Positions 19,952-29,389 of a DNA stretch of 64,000 bases are shown piece by piece. The first letter of the stretch is position 1. Each line of letters opens with the position of its first letter. The DNA comes from Thermoanaerobaculia bacterium (GTDB taxonomy: Bacteria > Acidobacteriota > Thermoanaerobaculia > Multivoradales > Multivoraceae): contig OY762911.1 in NCBI GenBank assembly GCA_963666565.1, forward strand, positions 3,296,001 to 3,360,000, in the 5' to 3' direction. The translations under genes were made by a program, and so were the position numbers. Below the pieces are notes generated by a model. The model ran no database searches. It was not told the origin of the DNA and saw only the letters and a program-made list of their open reading frames with translations.

Positions 19952-21250
19952 GTGAGCGGCTGGAACTCGATTCCCGAACTGGGCGGCCTGATCGGCAAGG
20001 AGGTCCGGCTGCGCGGCTGGGTCGACGCCCGCCGTTCCAGTGGGCGGATCGGCTTCATCCAGCTCCGGGAGTCGGGCGCCACCGTCCAGCTCGTCGTCAG
20101 CCGCAAGCGGGTCGACGACGCCTCCTGGGACGTGCTCCAGCACGCCGGTCAGGAATCGACGATCGCGGTGACCGGCACGGCCGCGGCCGATCCCCGTTCG
20201 CCCGGGGGCGTGGAGGTGCAGGTGTCGTCGCTGGCCCTCGTTCACGCCGCGGAGGCGTACCCGATCACGCCCAAGGAGCACGGCACCGCGTTCCTGATGG
20301 ACCATCGCCACCTCTGGCTGCGCTCCAGCCGCCAGCGCGCGGTGCTGCGGATCCGCAGCGAGGTATGCCAGGCGATCCACGACTTCCACCGCGAACGCGG
20401 CTACTACCTGGTCGATTCGCCGATCCTGACGCCGGCCGCCTGCGAGGGCACGTCGACCCTGTTCGAGACGCCGTACTTCGATCATGGCAACGCGTACCTC
20501 AGCCAGTCCGGCCAGCTCTACCTGGAACCGGCTGCCGCCGCGCTCGGCAAGGTGTACTGCTTCGGCCCCACCTTCCGGGCCGAGAAGTCGAAGACGCGCC
20601 GCCACCTGATGGAGTTCTGGATGGTCGAGCCGGAGGCCGCTTTTCTCGACTTCGAGGGCCTGTGCGAACTCGCCGAGGACTTCGTCGTCTACCTGGCGGA
20701 GCGGGTCCTGGAGAACTGCGCCGACCCGCTCGCCGTCCTGGAGCGCGACGTCGCGAAGCTCGAAGCGATCCGCAAGCCCTTCCCCCGTCTGCGCTACGCC
20801 GAGGCGATCGAGCTGCTCCGCGGGCAGGGCTCGGAGATCGAGTTCGGCGAGGACTTCGGCGCGCCCGAGGAGACCGCGGTCGCCGAGCGGTTCGACCGGC
20901 CGGTCATGGTCACCCACTACCCGGCGTCGCTGAAGGCCTTCTACATGGAACCCGATCCGGACGATCCGTCGCTGGCTCTGGCGCTCGACGTGATCGCCCC
21001 GGAGGGCTACGGAGAGATCATCGGCGGCAGCCAGCGCATCCACGACCACGACCTGCTGCTCACCCGGCTCAGGGAGCACGACCTGCCGCTCGACGCCTTC
21101 CAGTGGTATCTGGACATCCGCCGCTGGGGCACCTTCGAGCACAGCGGCTTCGGCATGGGCGTCGAACGCTTCGTCGCCTGGATGGCCGGCGTGCCCCACC
21201 TGCGGGAGACGATCCCCTACCCGCGCACGATGGACCGGATCTACCCCTGA
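19952..21250 (+). CDS. asnS: asparagine--tRNA ligase
   Basis: OB-fold LRGWV, YLSQSGQLY, FGPTFRAEKSKTRRHL, GEIIGGSQR and GFGMGVER. Confidence 0.96.
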   Translation: MSGWNSIPELGGLIGKEVRLRGWVDARRSSGRIGFIQLRESGATVQLVVSRKRVDDASWDVLQHAGQESTIAVTGTAAADPRSPGGVEVQVSSLALVHAAEAYPITPKEHGTAFLMDHRHLWLRSSRQRAVLRIRSEVCQAIHDFHRERGYYLVDSPILTPAACEGTSTLFETPYFDHGNAYLSQSGQLYLEPAAAALGKVYCFGPTFRAEKSKTRRHLMEFWMVEPEAAFLDFEGLCELAEDFVVYLAERVLENCADPLAVLERDVAKLEAIRKPFPRLRYAEAIELLRGQGSEIEFGEDFGAPEETAVAERFDRPVMVTHYPASLKAFYMEPDPDDPSLALALDVIAPEGYGEIIGGSQRIHDHDLLLTRLREHDLPLDAFQWYLDIRRWGTFEHSGFGMGVERFVAWMAGVPHLRETIPYPRTMDRIYP

Positions 21251-22002
21251 GCGACCTGGACCAGCTCCAGGAGCGGCTCGGCTACCGCTTCAACGATCCA
21301 GCGCTGCTCCGGCTGGCCCTGACCCACACCTCCTTCGCCAACGAACGGGGACTCCCGGAGCAGAACGAACGCCTGGAGTTCCTGGGCGACTCGGTGCTCG
21401 GCACGATCGCCGCCGAGTGGCTCTTCAACCGCTGCCCGCGGGCGCCGGAAGGCGAGCTCACGCAGACGAAGGCTCACCTGGTCCAGGCCAGGGCCTTGGC
21501 CGAGCGCGCCCGGCAGCTCGAACTCGGACCGCTCCTGCGGCTGGGCCGCGGAGAGGATCGCTCCGGCGGACGGGAGAAGCAGTCCCTGCTGGCCTGCGCC
21601 CTGGAAGCCGTGATTGGCGCGGTGTTCGTGGACGGAGGCATGGAAGCCGCCCGCAGCACGGTGGCGCCCTGGCTCGAAGCCGGGGCGGCGGAGGCGATCG
21701 GCGCCGGGGACGCCAAGTCGGACCTGCAGGAGGTGCTCCAGGCGCAAGGTCTCGAACCCCCGGTCTACCGCCACGTCGGCCGCGAAGGACCCGACCACGA
21801 TCCGGCCTTCCACGTCGAGTGCTGGATCGAGGGTCGGTTCGCAGCCAGTGCTTCGGGGCGCTCGAAGAAGGCCGCGGAACGTAGCGCCGCGCGACGAGTT
21901 CTTCGCGACGCGGAACCGACCGACCGACCGGCTCCGCCATCCAGACGCGGCGGACGGCGAGCGGCCGACGGCACGGAGGGAACCCTGCTGGACGGCAGGT
22001 AA
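21247..22002 (+). CDS. rnc: ribonuclease III (probable CTG start)
   Basis: ALTHTS, NERLEFLGDS and EAVIGA, plus dsRBD DAKSDLQE...GPDH...SKKAAE. Confidence 0.93.
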   Translation: MSDLDQLQERLGYRFNDPALLRLALTHTSFANERGLPEQNERLEFLGDSVLGTIAAEWLFNRCPRAPEGELTQTKAHLVQARALAERARQLELGPLLRLGRGEDRSGGREKQSLLACALEAVIGAVFVDGGMEAARSTVAPWLEAGAAEAIGAGDAKSDLQEVLQAQGLEPPVYRHVGREGPDHDPAFHVECWIEGRFAASASGRSKKAAERSAARRVLRDAEPTDRPAPPSRRGGRRAADGTEGTLLDGR

Positions 22003-22006
22003 CCGG

Positions 22007-22780
22007 ATGACCGACTTGGCGACTCTCTTCCAGCGCTGCTGGCGGGTTCCGTTGACTGCGGCGTCGTTTCTTCTCTTCGGCCTCGGCGGCCTCGTTCTGG
22101 GCGGCGTTTTCTTCCCCGCGATCCGTCTGCTCAGCCCGCGAGAAGCGACCGGTCGGCGTTGCCGCCGAGCCATTCAGGTGTCCTTCCGCCTGTTCCTGAA
22201 CTTCCTGTCCGCTCTGCGCCTCATGCGGTTCGAGTTTCTCGGAGAGGAGCGTCTGCTCCATCTTCGCGGTCGGCTGGTGGTTGCCAACCACCCTTCGCTG
22301 ATCGACGTCGTGGTTCTGATCTCCCGCCTCCCCGACGCGCGCTGCGTCGTCAAGCGGGCCGTGTGGCACAGCCCGTTTCTCGGCGCGGTCGTCCGCGTCG
22401 CCGGCTACGTGCCGAGCATGGATCCGCGAGACGTCGTCGACCGGACGGTCCGCCTTTTGCGCGCCGGAGAGACGGTCGTCCTCTTTCCGGAAGGGACCCG
22501 AACGAGACGGGACGAGCTGATCGCGGCGCAGCGCGGCGCGGCGTTGATTCTCCTGCGGTCGGACCGACCTGCACTGCCGGTCCGCTTGCGGGTTCGCCCG
22601 GCCGCCCTCGGTAAGACGGACTCTCTTGCGCGCCTTCCGCCGGAGGCGCTGCGCTTCACGATGAGCGTCGGCGAGGAGGTCCATCCGTCCTCCTTCGGAA
22701 CCCACGGCAGCGAGCGCGAGAAATCCCGGTCTGGAACCAGGATTCTGGAGCGGGCACTGGACTTGCCGCCCGGGATCTAG
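22007..22780 (+). CDS. lysophospholipid acyltransferase (ApeD-like)
   Basis: NHPSLID and FPEGTR motifs. Confidence 0.88.
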   Translation: MTDLATLFQRCWRVPLTAASFLLFGLGGLVLGGVFFPAIRLLSPREATGRRCRRAIQVSFRLFLNFLSALRLMRFEFLGEERLLHLRGRLVVANHPSLIDVVVLISRLPDARCVVKRAVWHSPFLGAVVRVAGYVPSMDPRDVVDRTVRLLRAGETVVLFPEGTRTRRDELIAAQRGAALILLRSDRPALPVRLRVRPAALGKTDSLARLPPEALRFTMSVGEEVHPSSFGTHGSEREKSRSGTRILERALDLPPGI

Positions 22781-22844
22781 CTGGACCCGAAGAAGGACGG
22801 CTGGTAAGGTTCAGCATCGCCTGATGAGGGAGCCGCAGGGAAAG

Positions 22845-23093
22845 ATGAAGCGCGACGAAATCCGGGCCAGACTGAGGGATCTTCTGGTCGAGATGTACGA
22901 ACTCGATCCCGCCGAACTCGTCCCCGACGCACGCCTTTACGAAGATCTGGGGCTTGACAGCATCGACGCGGTGGATCTGGCCGTCCGACTGAAGGACTTC
23001 ACGCAGGCCGACATCCCTCCGGAGCGGGTCAAGGAGATCCGTACGGTCGAGGACGTGGTCGACCTCGTAGCAGAACTGCTACAGGTCCGCTGA
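22845..23093 (+). CDS. acyl carrier protein (ApeF-like)
   Basis: DLGLDSIDAVDL phosphopantetheine site. Confidence 0.93.
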   Translation: MKRDEIRARLRDLLVEMYELDPAELVPDARLYEDLGLDSIDAVDLAVRLKDFTQADIPPERVKEIRTVEDVVDLVAELLQVR

Positions 23094-23094
23094 G

Positions 23095-23679
23095 GTGAAC
23101 GCTCTGGTCAGCGCGGTCGAACGTCTGGAGTCCGTCGAAGCCGCCCGGTTGCAGGCCGGAGAACTGCACGTCGTGCCAACGGAGGCTGGCTGGGAGGCTT
23201 TGGCGCACAAGGGCAAGCGGACGCTGATCCAGGAGCTGAGCGGCGTTCTCTCGTCCGGTGCAACCCCGGAAGGGGTACCTGAACGGTGGCGCTTCGTGCA
23301 CCGGCTGCCCTCCGCCGCGAAGGCCGATTCCAACCGGCCCCTCCACCCGGACTGGGAGGAACTCGAGCATACTGAGGCGACATGGCTCGGCGAAGCGACC
23401 GTGACCGGCGATCTGGCGGTCCTCGAGGGTCACTTCCCGAACGAGCCGGTCGTTCCCGGCCTCGCCCAGTTGCTGTGGGCGGACGCTCTTTCCCGTCGAG
23501 CTTTTCCCGACCACGCCGCGACTGCCGAGGTCCGCAACCTGAAATTCGCGAGGATCCTCGCGCCGGGCGTCAACTTTCGGATCGCACTCGTTCACCGGAT
23601 AGGGACGCGGTCGCAGGTCGCCTTCAGACTAACCTCCGACGCAGGCACGCACAGCAGCGGCGTGCTCATCGGCGCGTAA
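23095..23679 (+). CDS. hotdog dehydratase (ApeI-like) with N-terminal AMP-ligase C-domain remnant
   Basis: GHFPNEPVVPG and NLKF in the dehydratase part; N-terminal GKRTLIQEL...VPERWRFV. Confidence 0.8.
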   Translation: MNALVSAVERLESVEAARLQAGELHVVPTEAGWEALAHKGKRTLIQELSGVLSSGATPEGVPERWRFVHRLPSAAKADSNRPLHPDWEELEHTEATWLGEATVTGDLAVLEGHFPNEPVVPGLAQLLWADALSRRAFPDHAATAEVRNLKFARILAPGVNFRIALVHRIGTRSQVAFRLTSDAGTHSSGVLIGA

Positions 23680-23697
23680 CGCCGTGCCAGGTTTGTC

Positions 23698-24162
23698 GTG
23701 ACGAATCCAGCCCCAGTCGTCCTGTCGACCGACGTCGAGGCGCTGCTGCCGCACGCCGCACCCATGATCCTCATCGATGGCGTCGCGCCCCAAGGATCCG
23801 AATCGACCCGAAGCGTGGTGCGCATCGGTGAAGACTCCATGTTCTACGAAGAACCGCACGGCGTGCCATCGTACTTCGGCATCGAGTACATCGCCCAGAC
23901 GGTCGCGGCTCACGCCGGGCTCCGCGCCCTTCGGGAAGGAGAACCCGTGCGGGTGGGTTTCCTCCTCGGCACGAGACGGTACAGGTGTGCCGAGACCTGG
24001 TTTCGCCTCGGTGCCAATCTGACCATCGTAGTCTCTACCGTCCTGGAGATGGCGGATCTCTCGAAGTTCCGAGGCGTCATCTCGGACCAGCTCCGGGGCG
24101 AGATAGCCGACTGCGCCGTGACCGTGTACCTGCGACCCGGCAGCGGGCCAGCACTGACATGA
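23698..24162 (+). CDS. hotdog 3-hydroxyacyl-ACP dehydratase (ApeP-like)
   Basis: LLPHAAPMILID, IEYIAQTVAA and GFLLGTR. Confidence 0.88.
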   Translation: MTNPAPVVLSTDVEALLPHAAPMILIDGVAPQGSESTRSVVRIGEDSMFYEEPHGVPSYFGIEYIAQTVAAHAGLRALREGEPVRVGFLLGTRRYRCAETWFRLGANLTIVVSTVLEMADLSKFRGVISDQLRGEIADCAVTVYLRPGSGPALT

Positions 24163-24881
24163 CCGGGCGCCGGCGAGTTCTTGTGACGGGAGCATCCCGG
24201 GGCATCGGCCGCGCGGTCGCCCTGGCCCTCGCCGAGGAGGGCTTCGAAGTGGCCTGCAACGCGCGAGGCGACGTCGAAGAGGTCGTCGACGAGATCCGTT
24301 CGCGCGGCGGCGCCGCCAGCGCGCTCCCTGGCGACGTTTCGAACCGCGAAGCCATTCGCTCCGCCCTCGACCGGGACATGGAAAGCCGGGGCGCGTTCTA
24401 CGGTATCGTCTGCAACGCTGGCGGCCACGCCGACGCCGCGTTCCCCGCGCTGACGGAGACGGAGTGGGACGATGTCCTGCGTACCAACCTGGACTCCTTC
24501 TTCAACGTAGTCCAGCCGTGCGTGATGCCGATGATCCGCTTGCGCGACGGAGGTCGCATCGTCGCCATGTCGTCGGTCTCCGGCATCGCCGGCAACCGTG
24601 GGCAGGTCAACTACAGCGCCGCCAAGGCTGGGCTGATCGGCGCCGTGAAGGCGTTGGCCATCGAACTCGGCAAGCGGAAGATCACGGTGAACTGCGTCGC
24701 TCCGGGTATCGTCGGAACCGACATCACCCGGAGCATGTCCGACAAGCTCGTCGAGCGGCTCGTGCCGCTTCGACGACCAGGAACGCCCGAGGAAGTCGCC
24801 AGCCTGGTCAGGTACCTGTTCTCCGACCTTGCCGCCTACGTGACCCGACAGGTCCTGTCGGTCAACGGGGGCATGATCTAG
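24159..24881 (+). CDS. fabG: 3-oxoacyl-ACP reductase (ApeQ-like)
   Basis: TGASRGIG, GNRGQVNYSAAK and YVTRQVLSVNGG. Confidence 0.92.
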   Translation: MTGRRRVLVTGASRGIGRAVALALAEEGFEVACNARGDVEEVVDEIRSRGGAASALPGDVSNREAIRSALDRDMESRGAFYGIVCNAGGHADAAFPALTETEWDDVLRTNLDSFFNVVQPCVMPMIRLRDGGRIVAMSSVSGIAGNRGQVNYSAAKAGLIGAVKALAIELGKRKITVNCVAPGIVGTDITRSMSDKLVERLVPLRRPGTPEEVASLVRYLFSDLAAYVTRQVLSVNGGMI

Positions 24882-24940
24882 CAACGTCGACTCATGTTCT
24901 GTCTCCTCTTCCACCTCCCCGACACGGGAACGCCGCACGG

Positions 24941-26200
24941 ATGAGCAGGCGAGTCGTCGTGACCGGCGTCGCCGGCATTTCGCCGATCGGCACCGATTGG
25001 GCGTCGGTGCGGAACCGCCTGTTGGCTGGAGAGGGTGGCGTCGAACGGATGGGCGAGTGGAGCCGCGTCAAGGGGTTGCGGTCGTGGCTCGGCGCCCCAG
25101 CCGATTTCGAGACGCCCCTCCGCTGGCCGCGCAAGATGCGGCGATCCATGGGCCGCGTGTCCGCCATGGCTGTCCGGGCGACGGAACTTGCACTTGAACA
25201 AGCGGGCCTTCGAGACGATCCCGTCCTGCAATCCGGTCGGGTCGGAGTCGCGTACGGCTCCTCAAGCGGTTCCACCGACAGCTTGCGGGAGGTCGGCCGG
25301 TTTCTCGCGACCGGGTCGACCGAGGGGGTTACCTCGAACGTCTACGTCAAGATGATGCCGCATACGACGACCGCAGCGATCGGCATGTTCTTCGGCCTCA
25401 CCGGGCGTCTTCTGCCCTCCTCCTCCGCCTGCACCTCGGGAAGCCTGTCGCTCGGCATGGCGTACGAGTCGATCAGGCACGGCTACCAGGACGCGATGGT
25501 CGCCGGCGGCGCGGACGAACTCGACCTTCCGGCGGTGGCGACCTTCGACACGCTGTACGCGACGAGCCGCCGAAATCAAACACCGTCGCAAACTCCGAGA
25601 CCCTTCGACTCCGACCGCGACGGCCTCGTGGTTGGTGAAGGCGCCGGCACGTTCGTGCTTGAGAGCAGGCGCCATGCTCTCGCCCGCGGCGCGACGATCC
25701 TGGCCGAGCTCGTCGGCTTCGGCGCCAACTCCGACGGCGCTCATCCAACCCAACCCGCTCAACGAACCATGGCCGAAGCTATGCGTTTGGCTCTCGCAGA
25801 CGCCGGTCTGGGCGCGGATCGAATCGGCTACGTGAGCGCCCACGGCACCGCCACCGAACTGGGGGACATCGCGGAGAGCCAAGCCACGCTGGAGGTGTTC
25901 CGTCGTCCCGTGCCGATCAGCTCGCTAAAGAGCTACATCGGTCACACCTTGGGAGCGTGTGGCAGTCTGGAGGCATGGATGAGCCTTGAGATGCTAGGGG
26001 AAAGTTGGGCAGCTCCGACGATCAACCTGGAGAATCCCGACCCGCGCTGCGCCAAACTCGGCTACGTCGTCGGCGAACCGGTGCACCTCGAGACCGACTA
26101 TCTGATGACCAACAACTTCGCCTTCGGCGGCGTGAACACTTCACTCGTGTTCAGGCTGCCCCCAAGAGAAGGAACCACTACTCGTGAAACAGACGCCTGA
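24941..26200 (+). CDS. beta-ketoacyl-ACP synthase (ApeR-like)
   Basis: SSACTSG catalytic Cys, SAHGTAT, GHTLGA and NNFAFGG. Confidence 0.93.
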   Translation: MSRRVVVTGVAGISPIGTDWASVRNRLLAGEGGVERMGEWSRVKGLRSWLGAPADFETPLRWPRKMRRSMGRVSAMAVRATELALEQAGLRDDPVLQSGRVGVAYGSSSGSTDSLREVGRFLATGSTEGVTSNVYVKMMPHTTTAAIGMFFGLTGRLLPSSSACTSGSLSLGMAYESIRHGYQDAMVAGGADELDLPAVATFDTLYATSRRNQTPSQTPRPFDSDRDGLVVGEGAGTFVLESRRHALARGATILAELVGFGANSDGAHPTQPAQRTMAEAMRLALADAGLGADRIGYVSAHGTATELGDIAESQATLEVFRRPVPISSLKSYIGHTLGACGSLEAWMSLEMLGESWAAPTINLENPDPRCAKLGYVVGEPVHLETDYLMTNNFAFGGVNTSLVFRLPPREGTTTRETDA

Positions 26201-26459
26201 GCAGAGCCGGATGGCCGTCCTCATCGTCGAGGCCCTGAACCTGGAGGACGTCGATCCCGGCGCTATCGACCCGAACGAGTTGATGTTCGGCGACGAGGGT
26301 CTCGCTCTCGACTCCATCGACGCTCTGGAGATCGCCGTCGCGATCGCGGAGGAGTTCGCGGTCCACTTCAGCGCCAAGGAGGAGACGACTCGGGAAGCGT
26401 TTGCCACCTTGGGAAACCTGACGGACTTCGTCATGAAGGAAGTGAATGGCCGAATGTGA
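26184..26459 (+). CDS. acyl carrier protein (ApeE/XanC-like)
   Basis: GLALDSIDALEI. Confidence 0.9.
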   Translation: MKQTPEQSRMAVLIVEALNLEDVDPGAIDPNELMFGDEGLALDSIDALEIAVAIAEEFAVHFSAKEETTREAFATLGNLTDFVMKEVNGRM

Positions 26460-27798
26460 GGCGCTGTCGACGGCGCCTCTGGTCGACCGTTCGGGAGAGG
26501 CGCCATGGGCACACGCCGCCGACCGTCCGATCGCTGTCTCGCGGTTTGCCCGAGACGCGCTGTTGTGCGCACGGAATCTTCCGGACCGCCCTTGGCTGAT
26601 CAACGTCTGCTCCGACCGCTACCTCTTCGGGGTCGCGTTCTTCGCCGCGCTCCTTGGAGGCCGCGTCAACCTCCTGCCGTCACAGCGAAGTTCTGAAGCC
26701 CTGAACGCGCTGCGCCGGAGGTACCCGGACAGCGCGATCGTCGCGGACGACACGGCGGCCGTCCCAGCCCCCTCCTCCAACTCCGCGGACCCGATGCCGG
26801 CTCTCCCCGAGATCGACACGGCGCAGCTTGCCGCCATCGTCTTCACTTCGGGAAGCACCGGCGCTCCGAACCCGCATCCGAAAACCTGGGGCCTGCTCAG
26901 CGACTTCCGCGCCATCCACTGGCGCAGGTTGACCCGAGCTTTGGAGGAAGCCGGGACTCCTGCCGGCGAGGTCGCGATGGTGTCGACAGTTCCTCCGTGG
27001 CACCTCTACGGACTTGAGTGGACGCTGCTGCTGCCCAGCGTCGCTCCCGTCTCGATGCACTGTGAACGTGCATTCTTTCCCAAAGACGTGGTCGACACCC
27101 TGGGCTCTTCAAGCGCCCCCACCGTCCTGGTAACCACGCCAACGCACCTGCGGGCGCTGCTCAAGGCTCCTTCTCCCGCTCGCCCGGTGAGCGTTACCAT
27201 CTGCGCGACCGCCCCCCTCGATCCGAACCTCGCAGCCCAAGCGGAGAGACGCCTCGGCACACGCATTCTCGAACTCTACGGTTGCAGCGAAGTGGGCACA
27301 TTGGCATCGCGCCGGCCCACCGAAGGAACCGAATGGAGCTTCTTCGACTACTTTCAATTGGCTTTCTCCGAAGGCGGCCTGACGGTAAGGGCGCCCCGAC
27401 TGGAGGCTTCCGTCGACCTCGATGATCGCTTCGAGCGCCTTGCGGATGGACGGTTCAGGTTCCTCGGAAGGTCTACGGACATCGTGAAGATTGGCGGAAA
27501 GCGGGAATCTCTCACGAACCTGAACGCGGTCCTGCTGGAGATCCCTGGAGTACAGGACGGCGTGATCTTCCAGCCCCGGCGCGTCCGCGAGACATCGAGA
27601 CGCCTCGCTGCCCTCGTGGTAGCGCCGGACCTCGCCCCTCTGGACATCCGAAGGGCCATGGCGAACCGTTTCGATCCCGCCTTCGTGCCGCGACCGATCC
27701 GGATCGTGGAGGCGGTTCCTCGCAATCGTACCGGCAAGATGCCCCTGGGGAAGCTGACCAGCATGCTGGACGCCCGCGCCGCACCGCTCGATGACTGA
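26446..27798 (+). CDS. AMP-dependent aryl/acyl-ACP ligase (XanA2/ApeH-like)
   Basis: FTSGSTG, YGCSEVG, GRSTDIVKIGGKR and PRNRTGK. Confidence 0.88.
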   Translation: MAECEALSTAPLVDRSGEAPWAHAADRPIAVSRFARDALLCARNLPDRPWLINVCSDRYLFGVAFFAALLGGRVNLLPSQRSSEALNALRRRYPDSAIVADDTAAVPAPSSNSADPMPALPEIDTAQLAAIVFTSGSTGAPNPHPKTWGLLSDFRAIHWRRLTRALEEAGTPAGEVAMVSTVPPWHLYGLEWTLLLPSVAPVSMHCERAFFPKDVVDTLGSSSAPTVLVTTPTHLRALLKAPSPARPVSVTICATAPLDPNLAAQAERRLGTRILELYGCSEVGTLASRRPTEGTEWSFFDYFQLAFSEGGLTVRAPRLEASVDLDDRFERLADGRFRFLGRSTDIVKIGGKRESLTNLNAVLLEIPGVQDGVIFQPRRVRETSRRLAALVVAPDLAPLDIRRAMANRFDPAFVPRPIRIVEAVPRNRTGKMPLGKLTSMLDARAAPLDD

Positions 27799-28732
27799 TA
27801 CAGCCCACTGGCAAGCCCGTTCCGAAGCAGGAAACCGGCTCGCCATTCGCGCCGCAGTATGGGTAGCCCGAACCCTTGGCCGCAGGGCCATCCACCTGCT
27901 TCTCTTACCGACGGTCCTGTACTTCTATCTGGTGCGGGAGCCGGAGCGCAGGGCCTCCCGAGAGTTCCTGACTCGCGCCTTGAGGCGTCCGGTGCGCGAA
28001 ACCGACGTTCTGCGGCACTTCCTCAGTTTCGCCCGAGTAGCGGCAGATCGCTTCTTCACACTCAGCCGCAGTCCGGATGCGAGAGAAGTCAGGTTCGTGC
28101 GCGACGAGAGAATCCAACAGGTAGTGAAGAAGAACGATGCGGGGATCTTCGTCACCGCTCACTTCGGTTCGTTCGACGCTCCCAGGCTGGTTGACGCGGA
28201 CCGTCGTGAGTTCGGGATTCGCATCGTCCTGGACAAGGGCGTCAACTCCCGTTTTCTCTCCGTCATGGAGGAGGTCGATCCGACAATGGCGAAGCGCATC
28301 ATCGACTCGGAACAAGGCGCGGCGGCGCTTGGCGTCTCCATCGCGGAAGCGCTTCGAAGAGGCCATTGGGTGGGGTTCATGGCGGATCGTTTTCGGCACG
28401 GAGACCGGACGCTTTCGATTCCCTTCCTCGGCGCCCGGGCGGCCTTCCCGCTCGGCCCGTACCTCGTCGCCTGCGCGTTCAAGGCGCCGATCATCTGCGT
28501 GTTTTGCCGCCTGGACCCGCCCGGGTATGAGGTCCACTGCGAGGTTCTGTGGACCGGCGGCCACGTACCTCGATCGCAACGCGCCGGGAAGGTCGCAGCG
28601 CTGGCCCGGGGATACGCGAAGAGACTTGAGCGGCATGTCCGTGCGGCGCCTTTCTCCTGGTTCAACTTCTTCGACTTCTGGGCGCAGCATGCGACAGAGG
28701 CGCAACAGTCCACCAGCCGCACGAGGGCCTGA
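27791..28732 (+). CDS. LpxL/LpxP-like acyltransferase
   Basis: TAHFGSFD, MADR and WFNFFDFW. Confidence 0.85.
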   Translation: MTDTAHWQARSEAGNRLAIRAAVWVARTLGRRAIHLLLLPTVLYFYLVREPERRASREFLTRALRRPVRETDVLRHFLSFARVAADRFFTLSRSPDAREVRFVRDERIQQVVKKNDAGIFVTAHFGSFDAPRLVDADRREFGIRIVLDKGVNSRFLSVMEEVDPTMAKRIIDSEQGAAALGVSIAEALRRGHWVGFMADRFRHGDRTLSIPFLGARAAFPLGPYLVACAFKAPIICVFCRLDPPGYEVHCEVLWTGGHVPRSQRAGKVAALARGYAKRLERHVRAAPFSWFNFFDFWAQHATEAQQSTSRTRA

Positions 28733-29387
28733 CCCGTCCCGGTTCGGGTGGGCGAGCGTCGCCGCTCTTGCCCTCTCGGCTGCACTCCCCGCCGCGGCGG
28801 ACGAGGCGGCCTGGAAGCGGCTCGCGGACCTGGAGTTTCCGCGGGAGGAACGCGTCGCCTTCGTCGAGCGGCATCTGAATCGACTCTTGCGGGCGCCGGC
28901 CGAACAGCACGGCGAACTCTGGCTTACGAGCGACGGCGTCGCGGTCATGCGGGTGCATACCCCGCGCCTCGAGGAACGCAGGATCGAGGGCGACCGGCTG
29001 GTCCTGCGTCGTCCGCACCAGCGGCGAGCCGAGGCTGAGGAGCAAGAAGCCGCACTTGCCAGCGGAACCGAGCGGCGGCGCAGGCTCAACCGCGGGCGAG
29101 GCGCCCACCTCATGCTGGCGATCATCCTCGACGTGCTCTCCGGCGACCTCTCGGAACTCCGGCAGAGGTTCGACTCCTCGTCGACCTCGCTCGACGACTC
29201 CGCCGAAGGCCACGACTGGGAGATCGAGCTGGTCCCGCGCGATCCCGGGCTCCGCGGCGAACTCGTGGCTGTACGCCTTCGCGGCGCGGGCCAGCGCCTC
29301 GGCTTCCTGTACCTGAGCCGCGGGACCAGGAACTGGCGGGAGATCCGGCTTCTCTTTCCATCCCGAGGCGACGAGAGAATCGACTGA
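28689..29387 (+). CDS. LolA-like periplasmic lipid carrier (ApeL-like)
   Basis: Signal-like hydrophobic stretch, FVERH...LLRAP...GEL and WEIELVP; lies upstream of the MMPL gene; start uncertain. Confidence 0.65.
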   Translation: MRQRRNSPPAARGPDPSRFGWASVAALALSAALPAAADEAAWKRLADLEFPREERVAFVERHLNRLLRAPAEQHGELWLTSDGVAVMRVHTPRLEERRIEGDRLVLRRPHQRRAEAEEQEAALASGTERRRRLNRGRGAHLMLAIILDVLSGDLSELRQRFDSSSTSLDDSAEGHDWEIELVPRDPGLRGELVAVRLRGAGQRLGFLYLSRGTRNWREIRLLFPSRGDERID

Positions 29388-29389
29388 TC

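Noticed and set aside
19927-22002. 691-aa ORF suggesting an extended RNase III fusion
   Set aside because: The upstream part is an alternate frame of asnS; RNase III similarity starts at about 21247.
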